Below, piece after piece: positions 36,037-50,222 of a stretch of DNA of 50,891 nt; within the stretch, counting starts at the first letter, position 1, and each line of letters opens with the position of its first letter. The position numbers and the translations under genes are program-made. The stretch comes from Octopus bimaculoides. Its lineage: Eukaryota. The stretch spans positions 27,886,991-27,937,881 of the forward strand of contig NC_069003.1 of NCBI RefSeq assembly GCF_001194135.2, read 5' to 3'. Under the pieces are notes generated by a model. It saw only the letters and a program-made list of their open reading frames with translations. It made no database searches and had not been told where the DNA came from.

Positions 36037-37133
36037 ACACACATTATATACGTTAATATCAAACAATGAGAATGAGTGCTCAACACTACATTGGTGGATA
36101 AATGGTCTTTATTTGCCGGTTAATGAGGCTACCAACAGTTTCATGTGAGACATTCTTTACAGTTGTTGAAGCATATCACATGAGAATGTACTCATCTCCA
36201 GTTTGGATGAGAATACATGCGTGCACACATACACACACATGCACTTACATATTTGTTGAGTTTCTCCATATTCATTACCCCTTTTTGTCATTTTCTTCCT
36301 TTTTTTTTTTTTTTGCTGCCAGACATTACTCTCCCATCCCCTTGTCCTTTATTGACATCCACCACTTTTACTATATGTCATCTTTATGGCTTTCCACCAC
36401 TCTCTTCATATCACACATCCATCCTTATTGCTGTCTCATCATATCACACATGCTACTTTCATTATTCAGTCTCCTTACCAGTACATATCTATCACTGTCT
36501 ACTTTAATATTACTTTCTCCTCTGCTTAATTATGAAGTAAAACTTGTTCTTATTTAGTCTTAGACACAGTTAGGTCAGTATACTCTTTACTGAATGCTAG
36601 ATGAAAAATATGGACAGCTAAGAAAAGTTTTGCTTGAACTACTGATATTTTGGGCCAGAATCTTTAATTCTTCAACAGTTGTGCAATGCATCATCTTCAT
36701 CTTAAGTCTGCTTTCCATACTAGCATGAGTGGGATGGGTCATCATGATTCAAGTCAGTTCCTATTTGGAGTTGCTGTCCTCTTAGAGTTGGTAGGGGGAC
36801 CATACTTTGTTGAATTTCTTTTATTCTTATAATTATAGATGGAGCAGTTATAAACATTCATTCATGAAATATATTTTTAATATGTGGTATTATTACCATT
36901 CCTATTTATTTTCATTATTTCTCATAAAATTCCTTTTCCATTGGCCAAAATGTTCTTTTCAGTTCATTAAATTTCACACAACTGTTTTCTTTTAGCATTT
37001 CTAAAGCATTTTCATCAGAAGTTATATGAATTGTTGAACTTTCTTTTCTAACAGAAAGTGCCTGTTAACTCACATTTCATTTCAAATTTGCTTTTGTGGT
37101 TATTAACTAAAAATAACATGTCTACTAAGCAGA

Positions 37134-37179
<46 letters not shown>

Positions 37180-37674
37180 ATTACAATTGCAGGTCTGTTA
37201 TAAAAGCACACTTCACTGACTCAAAATTTCAATGATTAAACCATTTATCATGATTATTTTGATTTCTATTCTTCCATCGGGCATATTGTTGACCATATTA
37301 CTTATGAGCGGCTATATTTCTATTTGAAAATAAATCTCTTTCTAATTATGGTGGCCAATTCTCATATATGTTTCTGCCACTTATATGAGTTCAATTGTAT
37401 ATTTACATTGCCATTGTGTTGTATTCTTTGTACTTAATATATTATTCGGGGAAATTACTTTTAGGTTTAAATCTCTGTTTAATATAATACTTTTCTGTAA
37501 TTAACCATCATTGATTAGTTGAACAGTTTCCTCTCTTTTTTTTTTTTTTGTTGCTTGCTTTGTTTTGCAGTACCAGTTTCTGCGGCTTATTTCAATATAC
37601 TGTGTTATAAGTTGGTTATCATACTTGGCAATTGGCCCTTATGAACTTCTTGTTTATAGAGAATTAGAGTTACA

Positions 37675-38135
37675 CAGGCATGGCTGTTTGATATGGTTCC
37701 AGGTTTGATATGGTTGACATGGTCCTGGGTTCAGTCCCTCTGCATGGCACTTTGGACAAGTGTCTTCTACTCTCAGGCCAACCAAAGCCCTCTGAGTGGA
37801 TTTGGTAGATGGAAACCTTCAAAATTCTAGTCATATGAATAGACCACAGTAATTATTTTTAAAGCCTGGTGCTTATTCTGTTAGTCTCTTTTGTCAAACG
37901 ACTAAGTTATAGGGATGTAAACAAACCAACACTTGTCAAGTGGTGGAGGACAAGCATAAACACTAAGACACACACACATGACAGGCTTCTTTCATTTTCC
38001 ATTTACCTATCAAATCCATTCACCAGGCTTTGGTTGGCCTGGAGCTATAGTAGAAGACATTTGCCCAAGGTGCCATGCAGTGGGACTGAACCCGGAACCA
38101 TGCAGTTAAATAGCAAACTTCTTACCATACCTACA
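37675..38135. mobile_element. Inverted pair of family 1 SINEs (+ about 37675-37820; - about 37860-38135)
   Basis: The + head ...ggttcagtccc...ggacaagtgtcttctact is complementary to the - head ...agtagaagacatttgccc...gggactgaacc. Confidence 0.8.
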
Positions 38136-38720
38136 CCTTGTGTAAGTTTGTTGTTAAATAACAAGGTCAGACTTGACTGAGATATAGCAGTCATGACTAC
38201 TCCATCCTTCTTTTAGCCATTTCTCATCCAAAATTACTTTATTCAGTGTCCCTTTGCCAGATGGTATATTGTAATTTGAACTAGGGAGCTATTTTTAGCA
38301 GGTTTAGTGACCAGCTAGAGGTTGTCTCTTTGTGTAAGGTGGAAGAGTTCTTAAAATAATTTCATTACCAAAGAGTTATTTCCGATAGAATTTGTTTGTC
38401 TTCTATCACAAATACACCTGAGGTACATAAGCATAACAACAACAAACTTTGTCATTGTTCATCTTCACATCTAAGAAGTTTCCTGCCAATCTAAGATATT
38501 ATTCAACTACAATATTCTGCTTTAGTTAAAGCAGTCTAGCATCAGCTGCAATTGGTTCTCTCTGTATTCTACTTTTTAGACATAGCGATGAGAGGCATAT
38601 TCAAATCTAGTTATATACTTAGATTTATATGAATATTTCAAATGATAAAATACTAATACTAAATGCTCAGTAAATCTTCCGAGAATTATATTTGCAATTC
38701 TTCAGAAATCAATGAGACTA

Positions 38721-38805
<85 letters not shown>

Positions 38806-39300
38806 TGTGTGTGTGTATCATTTCTGCTTCAAGACTTTAATTCACTAGTTCTGTTATAAATTCTTTGATCTTTCACTACTCTCTATTATTCTTTACACTT
38901 ATTGAACAATGATTCTCTTTTAAACACACAAGACATATATCACTCACTGCTAACAAAATAGAAAAAAAAAAATTAAAATAAAAAAGTAATTTTCTTCATT
39001 TCATGTACTGTGAATGTTTATTCCTGTTCGTATTTATATAAGTTCAGTATGGCCATGGAAATAAAATTAAAAGACTTCTCTTGTTGGTGCTTGTTTGTTA
39101 TAAAGAATGTTATCTGTGCCGTTTCTAATAGTAGCTATTTTGATGCAATTACCACTTTAAAAATAAATGTTGTTTATTAAATCTCTACATTGATATTACT
39201 GTAAAATATATATGCTGTATTCTCAATGGAGGTTTAAGAAATATACCTTGAATATAATTAAGAAAAAAAAAAAACCCTGATCGATTTAGTAAAAATAATT

Positions 39301-39361
39301 AATTTCTTCCTTTTTCTGTTCTTCTTTCAGGTAAGTACAAGATTTGTTAAATATCGTAAGT
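39301..39361 (+). other. Candidate recursive splice site (AG|GT at 39330/39331) with a 25-nt cryptic exon
   Basis: A roughly 27-nt polypyrimidine tract ends ttctttcag and is immediately followed by GTAAGT. A second GTAAGT lies at 39356-39361. Confidence 0.45.
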
Positions 39362-41262
39362 AATGTTTCCTATCAGATTCTTGTTTTTCTCAAATTACAA
39401 CATGGTCCACGCAACAGACTACTTCATATTGACTTACTATTAAAATATCAGTTACCATCCTCTACTACTATTACTACTACTATTATTATTATTATTATTA
39501 TTTACTACATAAATCAAGTTTTCTCACTCTTTTTTTTTTAACATTATTCTTATTTGTTCTCTATCACAATTTCACTTTGATAAATGTCACATGGGTATAA
39601 ATCAGAATCCTAAAACCAATTTCCATGTTTTTTTTTTGTTGTTGTTTTTGTTGTCTTTTTCTTGTTATCCCCCCCCCCCNNNNNNNNNNNNNNNNNNNNN
39701 NNNNNNNNNNNNNNNNNNNNNNNNNNNNNNNNNNNNNNNNNNNNNNNNNNNNNNNNNNNNNNNNNNNNNNNNNNNNNNNNNNNNNNNNNNNNNNNNNNNN
39801 NNNNNNNNNNNNNNNNNNNNNNNNNNNNNNNNNNNNNNNNNNNNNNNNNNNNNNNNNNNNNNNNNNNNNNNNNNNNNNNNNNNNNNNNNNNNNNNNNNNN
39901 NNNNNNNNNNNNNNNNNNNNNNNNNNNNNNNNNNNNNNNNNNNNNNNNNNNNNNNNNNNNNNNNNNNNNNNNNNNNNNNNNNNNNNNCTTTAAAACTCTT
40001 AGAAAGATGGTAAGGGAGAAATGGTAAAGTTTGAACTGTCTGATTAAATCCAATTCAGCACATAGAATATATTAGTTTAAACTGAAATAAAATCCAACAC
40101 AGTTACTTGAATGATAACATAAAACTCTCATTAACACCACTTTTCAATGAATTAGTTTCTGATTTTTAGAACCATAGTAAAGAATTATTCTTTGGGGCTT
40201 ATTTTTATAGTTATGTTGAGAAATATGTTTATCAAATAATATCTTATTACAAACAAAAAAAAAAAAATGTAATTCAGGGGGGGGGGGAAAACCCCATTAA
40301 TAAGTGCATTATTGTTTTCATGTTTGGAAATAAAATAATTTTCAGAAAGTTATGATATCAATATATTACTGATATTTATTCCTGTGACCCTCGAGGATTG
40401 ATGACTAGTAAAGTAAGCCCTCATATCTGTTTGTCTAATTAATAAAATATTATGATGTTATAATTGATCTATTGTCACTCTCTTTTGTCTTAGGAGTGAA
40501 TTATATTACATTGCAGAATATAACAATGTATAATTATACTGACTAATTTGTTTATAGTGGAGTTTATTTCTCACCGAGTACCATTGGAGAGAAAATCATT
40601 GTTATCAGATTGGCTATGAAAATTAATATTAGCTGTATGTCATTAACCTTTGACTGAATGTCACTCTTTTCTTTTCTTAATATTATCTCTTTCACATCCT
40701 AACCATAGTAATGAGAATGAAATATTATTAACATTGGCTTCAGTTATCTTGAATTTAGAATTAAACCTAAAATACTTACTATTGATTTTTACACCGTATT
40801 GATGCAATTACCTAAACTGTTTTACTTCATCTAGTCTTAGAGTCTCTGATAACAATGATTCTCTCTCCAATGTTGATATAGATGTGTGAAACTTAACATC
40901 TCGTTTCCTACCAATTATATTTTTACTTTCTATTAGTTTTGTCCTTATGAAACCTTTCCCACACCATCATAACAGGTGTCTTTCATCTGTGTTACTTGAT
41001 TCAGCTGTGTTTATTTATATTCTCTTTAAGCATTTTAAAGAATCTACAAAGTACCTATAGAAAACAGTAACAAGGTGATAAAGTAACAACTAACTGTTGC
41101 TGTCACCCTATAACATAATTTAACTGGTTTTTGTCTTAGATCAACACTTGATTGATACTGAAATAACTTAACACTTTCACTTGGCAACTATGGTCTTTCA
41201 GTAGAATCTCCACTGTTGCAGTCAGTTAGACAAGGTTTGTGGTTTGAAGATAATTCAATGGC

Positions 41263-41494
41263 TTAACTCTTTTGATACCAACCCGCCTGAAACCGCCTCT
41301 GGCTCTGTAGTACAAATGGCTTGTTTTCAAAAGTTCTGAATCAAAATCCCCCACCAAACCTTAATCACAATTTATGTTCCTAAAACACTAGCTTAATGAT
41401 AACTGAGTTGTTTTTCTAAATTCTTTGTTATATTTAGAATTAATTGAAAGACACATAGTGCGTCTCAACAGAAATATGGAAACAAAAGGGTTAA
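41263..41494 (+). mobile_element. piggyBac-type MITE family B
   Basis: TTAACTCTTTTGATACC...ACAAAAGGGTTAA termini with TTAA flanks. Confidence 0.75.
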
Positions 41495-42264
41495 TGGGTT
41501 GTTTTTTATTGTCGGTTCTTCCTTTTTATGCCACCAGTCTTGCAGATCATTCAAAAGATTAGGGACATTGCCATTATTCTCAGAACTAAATCTTTTTTTT
41601 TTAAATGATAAAACAATAATTATCAAAACTATATTCCTTGTTATATTTTTTTTTAAATGTTTTATCTTTTGTTCATTATAACAGAGGAATTCATATTTAT
41701 AATAGATTTTGAGAGATTTTCTTAGTAAGGGAGTCTTTTTATGAACATTACACAATAAACAGTAAATGGCATTTGGACAGCCAGTCTGATAAATCAGTTG
41801 ATGAAGTAATCAACCTCCTGTGGTAAGATTTATTTATTCATTTATATAAGCAGACTATCAAACTACAAGAGACAAGGGTTCATCAAAATTTACTGGCAAA
41901 ATATACCAAACATATTTCAGAGTTATCTGCCACTGACAAGTAACCTGTCATTTTGATTAAGCTTTGTTTACATTGTATCATAAAGATCAGCTATTTTATT
42001 TAATATTGTATAGGTGATGTTGTATCTTATTAAAACAAGACTCAATTTCTCAAATACTGTTATAACAACTAACAGTCATTTAATGGCAAATAACATGTTT
42101 GTCAAAACAAGCATAATGGAGCCTGTGTCTGCTCTCGTATATTTCGATTAAATTGCACACTTTCTAAGAAATTAATTACTTAGTAAATTCCCAAGTCCAA
42201 TCATTTGCCTGATTTTTCAAACTCTGTAATCATTATTTTATATATTTACCAAATGAAATTGTAT

Positions 42265-42604
42265 AGGCACAGAAGTGGCTGTGTGGTTAGAAGTTTGCTT
42301 CCCAACCACTTGGTTCTGGGTTCAGTCCCACCACATAGCACCTTAGGCAAATGTCTTCTACTATAGCCTCAGGATTTTGTAGAAGGAAACTAAAAGAAGC
42401 CCTTTTACTTGTTTCAATCATTTGACTGTGGCCATGCTGGAGCTCTGCCTTAAAAGGGTTTTTAGTCAAAGAAATCGACCCCAGGACTTATTCTTTGTAA
42501 GCCTAGTACTTATTATATTGGTCTCTTTTGCCAAACCGCTAAGTCAGGGGGATGTAAACACACCAACATCGGTTGCCAAGTAATGGTGAGAGGAAAAAAC
42601 CCAG

Positions 42605-42636
<32 letters not shown>

Positions 42637-42785
42637 TTATGACAGACTTCTTTCAGTTTCCACCTATCAAATTCACTCACAAAGCTTTTGTTGGCCTGAG
42701 ACTATAGTAGAAGGTACCATGCAGTGGGACTGAACCTGGAGCCATGTGGTTGGAAAGCAAGCTTCTTACCACACAGTCACACCTG
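42265..42785. mobile_element. Inverted pair of family 1 SINEs (+ about 42265-42375; - about 42400-42785)
   Basis: About 100-bp complementary SINE heads, about 320 bp apart. Confidence 0.8.
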
Positions 42786-43867
42786 AACCTATGAATTATG
42801 TGTTTTCATCATGCAAGTGTTGTCCTTGATTTCCAGTCTTCTGTGAAACATGTCTAGCTATAAGGAAATATCATTATGTTTGTTTAGAAATGAATGAGGG
42901 TTGGCAACAGGAAGATCATGTAACTATAGTACTGAGAGACAACAGGGTCATGCCATTAGCAGGATGGTGAAGAGGGGGTGTCAGAGAGAAATGGGACGCT
43001 GTGTTAAGCTAAGTTGGGAGGAATGAACAGGTAGAAAGAAGTGATAATTGGGGAAACCAAAAGCTGAGAATGAAAGATGACAGAATTGGAAAATGAAGAA
43101 AGAATGATGGGAAATATAGAAAAAGGACAAAAAAGATACAATGAAAATAATGATGAGAAACTGAGGTAGTGTGAAAGGTTTTAATAGACTACATGAATAG
43201 TGAACCCCAGAAATTTTTATTTCAAATTGCTTCAATGAATTTTGTCTAACCCATGCAAGCCTGGAAATGTAGGAAATAAATGATGATAAATGATAATGAT
43301 GAATGTTTACATTGTGGTTTTTTAAGTTAGTCGTTCACGAAAGATGATATCAGCATGGTTCTGTATTTTGTATATATTGATATAAATTTTATCTTTCTAT
43401 CAAATTAGTTATCAACATTCCTACCACACATTTTCTAAATTACAGACAACTACATTTAATGTTTATTACTTTAAATGGAAGTACTTTATGCTTTATCTTT
43501 GGAAATTTCTGTTGGCACAGATTTAACAGCGATTGTTGAACTTGCGCATGGAGAGTGGTTTTATCGCAGTCTAAAATGTTTCAATATTTTGGTAGTATTT
43601 TTATTTATAGGTTATTGTTAGCATAGGTGTAGTTGTGCGGGTAAGAATTTTCCTTCCCAACTACATAGTTTCATGTTCTGTCCCATTCATGAATCAGTGT
43701 TCTGATATTTGTAGAGCCCTATACAATGCTGTCTGTGATAAGATAAAGACAAAAGTAGCAGTAATTGGTTCAATATCATTAACGTATTCCATTAGTTGAT
43801 TTTAAGTATTAACTGTTGGAGTGCCTTTTAAAACTGGAATCAATTGAACATGTTTAGTGTTGATCAC

Positions 43868-44170
43868 CATCATCATCTTCATTTAATGTCTGTTGTCCAT
43901 GCTGGCATGAGTTGGACAATGTGACCAGAGCTGGCAAGCTAGGAAGCTGCACCAGACTGATTTGGCATGGATTCTACAGCTGGATGCCCTTCCTAGCATC
44001 AACCACTTTACAGAGTGTGCTGGATGCTTTTACATGTTGTCTCATGAACACTTTTATGTGGTGCTGCACTGGTGCTTTTATGTCACCACATGGGTGCTTT
44101 TATGTGGCACCACCATGAGTGCTTTACACAACCAGAAGGATTGGTCTTAACACTTTTGTTTTGGAGTATG
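43868..44170 (-). mobile_element. RTE LINE 3' UTR fragment
   Basis: catcatcatc...gttgtccatgctggcatg...ggatgcccttcc...gtgcttttatg tandem units, homologous to 30677-30870. Confidence 0.8.
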
Positions 44171-44987
44171 GGTCTTCTTGACATATGTATGATCTTAAAG
44201 CTGACCATTTTTGTAAGTTCCTACTAGCTAATGATGCTTATTACTCACAAAATACCTCATATACCCTAATATAAAATATGCTTTGAACAACAAATATACA
44301 GTCTACTTAATTTCATAATTTATGATTGTATTGTATATAAATATTGTAACAAAATAAATGGCAATATTTGTTTAATATTTTCTCTCATATAACTTCAAAC
44401 CTCATTTGGTTTTCCATTTCTGTGAGGAAATAAAGAATTATTTTTTCTTCTTAATCTAATCATTAATAACACGAGTAGCTCAATATTGAATAACAACATG
44501 TACTATTAGAGTTATTGATTAAAATATTCTCTAATGTTGCAATATTCAATGGGTATTAGGTTTTTATATTGAAGTTATTTTTTTAAATAAAACCTATAAG
44601 TTTAGTGATACTCAATCCATTAAATACACGAGTATATATGTGTATGTATTTATATACATATATGAGTGTGTTATATAAATGCTATGTTAAATGGTTAAAT
44701 GTTCGCATTTATTCTAAACCTTATCATTGTGTCTATTAAAGTACTTTAAGACTACAAATTCTCATTTGCCCTTCTCTTGAAATGAACAATTTATTGATGG
44801 TCTTTAATGGATAAATCTGACAAGAATTAAAACAAAGATATTCCTTGCAGTTAGATTTTTATTAATACTTTTCCCTGCATGCTTTCATTATATTTGGCAT
44901 GTTATTTAAGGATTACATTATACGTGTTAAGAGATAAACATATCTAGTAACTCTTATTTGAAATTCCAAATAATAATGGAATTCAAG

Positions 44988-45265
44988 TAGAAGTATGGGT
45001 GTGTGGTTAAGAAGAATGTTTTCCAACTGTATGGTCTTTGGTTCAGTACCACTGTGCAGGACCTTGGGCAAATGTCTTCTACTATAACTCTGGGCCAACC
45101 AAAACCTTGTGAGTGGATTTGGTAGATGAAAACTGAAAGAAGCCTATTGTATATTTATATATTTGTTTTTATATGTATCTTTGTGTTTGTATTGTATGTT
45201 TGTGTCCCCACCCTAGAACCATGTGACTGGGAAGCAAGCATCCTGCCACACAGCCACACCAGTGC
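44988..45265. mobile_element. SINE family 1 (+) with a short inverted head fragment (-)
   Basis: + head at about 44988-45150; - head accatgtgactgggaagcaagcatcctgccacacagccac at about 45218-45260. Confidence 0.75.
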
Positions 45266-47104
45266 CTGTGTTTATAAATTTATAACAAGTTTCATTTTTC
45301 TAACAAAAGTATGGCAATATGGTCAAATCTGCAAATTTCTCCAAAAGTCTTTGTTGCATACTGTTAAAGGTAAATCAATGTGTCTAAGGTATAAGTTTAG
45401 GAACCTTTGATATTATGTAGTGTAAAGCCTTTCCTAAAGAGAATTTTATTACAAATGTTTTTCTCAGATATGAAAAATCTTAAAATTCAGTGATTACAAA
45501 AAGCCAATATATTTACTTTATTTCTTGAAAGCTTTTAAGATTTATTCAGCATATGAATTATATGTCTATTCATAATTTGAAATAGAACAAAAAAAAAATT
45601 AATTAGATTTGAGAGCTATTTGAATCAGACCATCTGTTTGTTCTTTAAGAGAGGTTTAATTAAATCTGACTTAATCTAAGAACACAGAATATCATCTTTT
45701 ATTTAATTTTACTTTTCGGTTTTTGAATAATCTAAAAAAAATTGAAATAATTGTAGAGTAAATTCTACATGTTTGTCAAAGTTTCTGTAACTGTCAGAAT
45801 TTAGAAATTAAAATGAAATCAAATAAATTATTATAATTAGCAGATGATGGTTCATACAAATATACTTGTGTATTACAAATGAATTTTCCTATGAAGCAAT
45901 AAACAGTATTTTCAGCTAATCAATATTTAGTAGTTGTTTCTTTGTAAACTGAAAGCAAGTTGACCTTCAGATCAACATTTTTGATATTTACATTTTGATC
46001 TCACATTTACTACAACATATCTACTATTACTGAGTTGTGAATTACTTCTGACATATTGGTTGTTGAATGTCATTTTTATTTTATTTTATTTTATTTTTTG
46101 CTTGCTTCATTGCATGGTTAGTTCTTTATTCATCATCATCATCACTTTCTCTTTGGTTTTGATGCCAAGTTGTTTGAGAAGAACATCTATTAATTCAGAC
46201 TTGGTCATTCATTGATATTTCTACTCTTCTAAATACCACTTAATCTACTGCTAATATTGCTTTTTCCACACGTCAATAGTATAAACATAACCTTTCAAAT
46301 AGACAAGGAAATATGCTAACTTTATTGCAAATATGTTTTAATACTTGTCTATACTTTTATATCATTTTGTTCTAAAGTTCTAAAACAGAAATATTCTTTT
46401 CACCCTATAGCACCTAAATTATCATTATGGTGAACAAAATAATTCATAAATCTTAAAGCATGACTGTAAAAGTTACTGTGGCTCTTAACTATTATAAATA
46501 TTTATATAAAATATTTGTTGTTCAATGTAAATTTTCTTTCTGTTATAGTAGTCGAAGTATCAAGAATTAACATGAGGCATTATAGGGTTAGACGGGGCAC
46601 TGTGTTTTGTCATGGAGAAAATTTCTTGTAGACAAATGATGTAAATACATCAAAATCAGCTTGCAGACTGAGATGCAAGCATTTTAGAGTGGTTGTCTCC
46701 TCTTCAGTCACAGAAACTGGACAGGGTGCACTGCGAGCGGATAAGAGTGATTGTCTCTCTTACAATATTCCAGTCATTGTACAAAGACTGGTAGCACTAA
46801 CCGGTGGCTCACCATTAACAAATTACGAAGTGGTAGTGCTAAGCTTAGTGCTACCACCATGTAATATAGGGTTAAAATATCTAACTAAAGTATAACACAA
46901 TTTTTGTACATCTATTTGGGAAACATATTTTATCAATAATTACTGACATTCAGTGTTGCCTATTTTACATGTCAGTAGTGATTTGAATTGACAGGTTTTC
47001 TTATTGGAAATAGTTGTAAATCACTGAAGTCATTCTTTTCTTAGTGGGTGGTTTCTGAGGAATAAACATTTAACTAACTTTCAAATGTATTAGGAAATGA
47101 AGAG

Positions 47105-47485
47105 GGAGTATATTACTGTAACAGCGGGAAAGGACAGCTAGATTTTCCTGAGGTACTTTACTGGCACTCTGTCAGTTACGACAGCAAGTGTTTCAGTTTT
47201 TTCCATTCAATAGAACAGCTTGCTTGTGAAATTAACATGCATGTGGCTGTGCACTCCACAGGCACATGTATCCTTAACATAGTTCTCAAGGAGATTCCTC
47301 ATGACACAGAATGTGACAAGGCTAACCCTTTGAAATACAGGTACAACTCATTTTTGCTAGCTGAGTGGATGGGAACAATGTGAAATAAAGTGTCTTGTTC
47401 AAGGACATGACACAACACCAGGAATCAAACTCACAACCTTACAATCATGAGCTGAGTGCCCTAACCACTAAACCACATGCCCTCA
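47105..47485 (-). mobile_element. tRNA-derived SINE, family 3
   Basis: The minus strand begins gagggcatgtggtttagtggttagggcactcagctcatgattgtaaggttgtgagtttgattcc (A- and B-box-like), followed by a distinct body. Confidence 0.8.
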
Positions 47486-47672
47486 TTTAAGGTACGACCT
47501 GTTATAGATCACAAGTAGCTGAAGCAGGGTCCCCAGCCATGCAATAGGTAACATAATTGGACATCTCTTAGATTTAACAAGATGCATAAAAGAAAGTGGG
47601 TAGCAGTGTGTAATACAAGTAGCAAGGCACCAGATTTATTTAACCTGGTTAAGAAAGAGAGCTGACATTTAC

Positions 47673-47754
47673 TGATGGCTTATGTCTTGAGGATAAGAAG
47701 GAATGAAATGTCTAAGAAGTCTATTAGTTGGATCATCTTTGCAGAGTACTGCAT
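47673..47754 (-). CDS. Candidate 82-nt exon (AVLCKDDPTNRLLRHFIPSYPQDISH)
   Basis: Acceptor gagtcatttcag and donor TCA|gtaaat. One frame is open and bounded by stops just outside the splice sites. No homolog recognised. Confidence 0.2.
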
Positions 47755-48564
47755 CTGAAATGACTCAAGCACTTTTAATTCATCAATGAAGAGAAAAAAT
47801 AAAGAAGCATAAAAATGTCACGAAAGCCATTCATTGAGGAATATGAACGAGAGTACAAATCAAAATCAGAAAGGACCAGTTGTAGATAAAAGCATCGTTA
47901 GCAAAGTGATAACCCCTTTTACTGCAGAAAGCAGATATATCCATTCAAAATTTCATTTCCCTTAACTGCGGAAATCAGTTTATATATAAATCTATCTCTT
48001 GTTGAGGAAAGTCATGTTTGAAATTATTTCCTGTTGGGATATGTCAAGTTTACTGAGGCAAACATGACTTGCAGAAAAATTGCCAATTCTAATTTTTTGG
48101 TTTGATTTTTGGTAGATATTCAACATCATTACTGGAGTAACTATAAAAGTTTATTTTGCGGTTAAAGGGTTATAAAAGCAGGAAAAACTCTTTGCCAGGG
48201 TTAGTTTCTAAGACCAGGTAGGACTGGTATTACTTCAGTTATTTAATTAGATTCTGTTGCACCAGTGCCAATTGGTACAAAAGCAAAGCACAACAGGAAG
48301 AAAATTTTACTTTGATGAAACAACTTCTGGAAGTTGTAATGTATTATAACACATTGTTTAAATTGCATAGAAAACACAATTTTGATTTGTATTAAAAATA
48401 ATGAAATATAAGTGACATATTTCTACAAAATCAATTATTATACAGTTATGTAATTTTGCCAAACCAGATTCTTTTCTTAAAAATCTTAACAGACCAATAT
48501 CATATAGGCTGTTGGTCACTTAGAACACTAGGGAGTAGTGGAAACTACCAGATGTGAAGTTGCT

Positions 48565-48798
48565 CTAACTCTTTAGCATTTAAATCGGCCATATCCAGTC
48601 AAATATTCTACCTGTTTTTATGTTCAAAGCAGCCGAATCTGGCCTTTCACACCTAACCTACAATAGCAACATCATTCTAAAAAGAAACAATCACATCATT
48701 GAAATCTCACAACTATGAAATAATGCATGAATAATTCAAGACAATGTGAATAAATAAGCATTACATTTGACAGAGTAATCTAAATACGACAGGGTTAA
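48565..48798 (-). mobile_element. piggyBac-type MITE family A
   Basis: Reverse complement of the 16746-16965 element; ends acagggttaa. Confidence 0.75.
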
Positions 48799-49199
48799 AC
48801 AAGGTCAGTATTGACAGTTTATTCACAAAGGAATTTAATCTAGTGATGGTCACTCACCAAATCTTTTCATTTGAACATTTCCTCATCATAATAGTTATGG
48901 CTATATGTATTTCATGATGGATTTATAGCTATATATATATATATAATATCATCGTTTAACATCTTCCTATGTTGGCATAGGTTAGATGGTTAGACAGGAG
49001 CTGGCCAGGCAGAAGCTTGCACCATACTTCTGCATCTGTTTTCGCAGAGTTTTTAAGGTTGGATGCCCTTCCTAACACAGACCTTGTGTTTAAAGTAATT
49101 TAAATTAGAACCTTCTTTTGAAACTCCATGTTAATTTATACCTCAAGCACCAGTTTTAATAACGACAAAGTTATTTGGCATAATTATATCTTTTTTTTA

Positions 49200-49478
49200 A
49201 TATATCTTTTATTTGTTTCAATCATTTGATTGCAGCCATTCTGGGGTGCCATCTTCAAAGGTTTTAGTCAAACAAATCTACTCCAGGAGTTTTTTTTTTT
49301 AAAGCCTAGTACTTAATCTATCACCCCCTTTTGGTGAATCACTAAGTAATGGGGACATAAACACATCAACACCAGTTGTCAAGTGGTAGTTGGGAACACA
49401 CACACATAAAAATTTAATACAAAAAACCATGCGCAATGTGATACCATAAAGTAAAACTTATATGTGTGTGTGTGTGAG

Positions 49479-49536
<58 letters not shown>

Positions 49537-49537
49537 C

Positions 49538-49594
<57 letters not shown>

Positions 49595-49760
49595 CATACA
49601 CACACAGTAGGCTTCTTTTACTTTCTGTCTACCATATTCACTTACAAGGCTTTGGTTAGCCTGAGGCTGCAGTAGACACTTGCTTAAGGTACCATACAGT
49701 GAGATTGAACTTAGAACCATGTGGTTGGCAGACAGCATTCTTACCACACAGCCACACCTG
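49200..49760 (-). mobile_element. SINE family 1 with expanded internal (TA)n/(TG)n
   Basis: Tail at about 49210-49390 and head at about 49610-49760, in reverse orientation. Confidence 0.85.
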
Positions 49761-50161
49761 TTACTTTCAAAATTTATTGAAACAAAAGTAATGTACTTAA
49801 AGAGAAATATGGTAACAAAAGTGTTTAAGAGAAATTTGGTTTCTATTTCTAGGAGATCGAGTTATTGTGTAAAGGGTCTTTTGTTGAATTAAGTGAAAGG
49901 AATTTAAGTAAGGTGTTGGGGCAGTTTATAAACTGTTACCTCTGTTGGCAATAAAGTATCATTCTGTGTGTGAAAAGCAGACTGTATAAAGTGTGGTAGT
50001 AGTACACAGTGCATATTTGTCAAAACTAGAAAGGTAGGAGTTGAAATTTATTGATTGCGTAATAACTAATTGAAAGGGTGACTTTAATATAGATGAGTAA
50101 AGTAATTAAATATTAAGCACTTTATCTGACATGAGTGAGGCATGCTTACACACATGTATGC

Positions 50162-50222
<61 letters not shown>

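Noticed and set aside
46835-46865. Short imperfect palindrome gtggtagtgctaagcttagtgctaccac
   Set aside because: Only about a 12-bp stem, too short for a pre-miRNA. It lies just before an agggttaa MITE-like end and is probably internal to a repeat.
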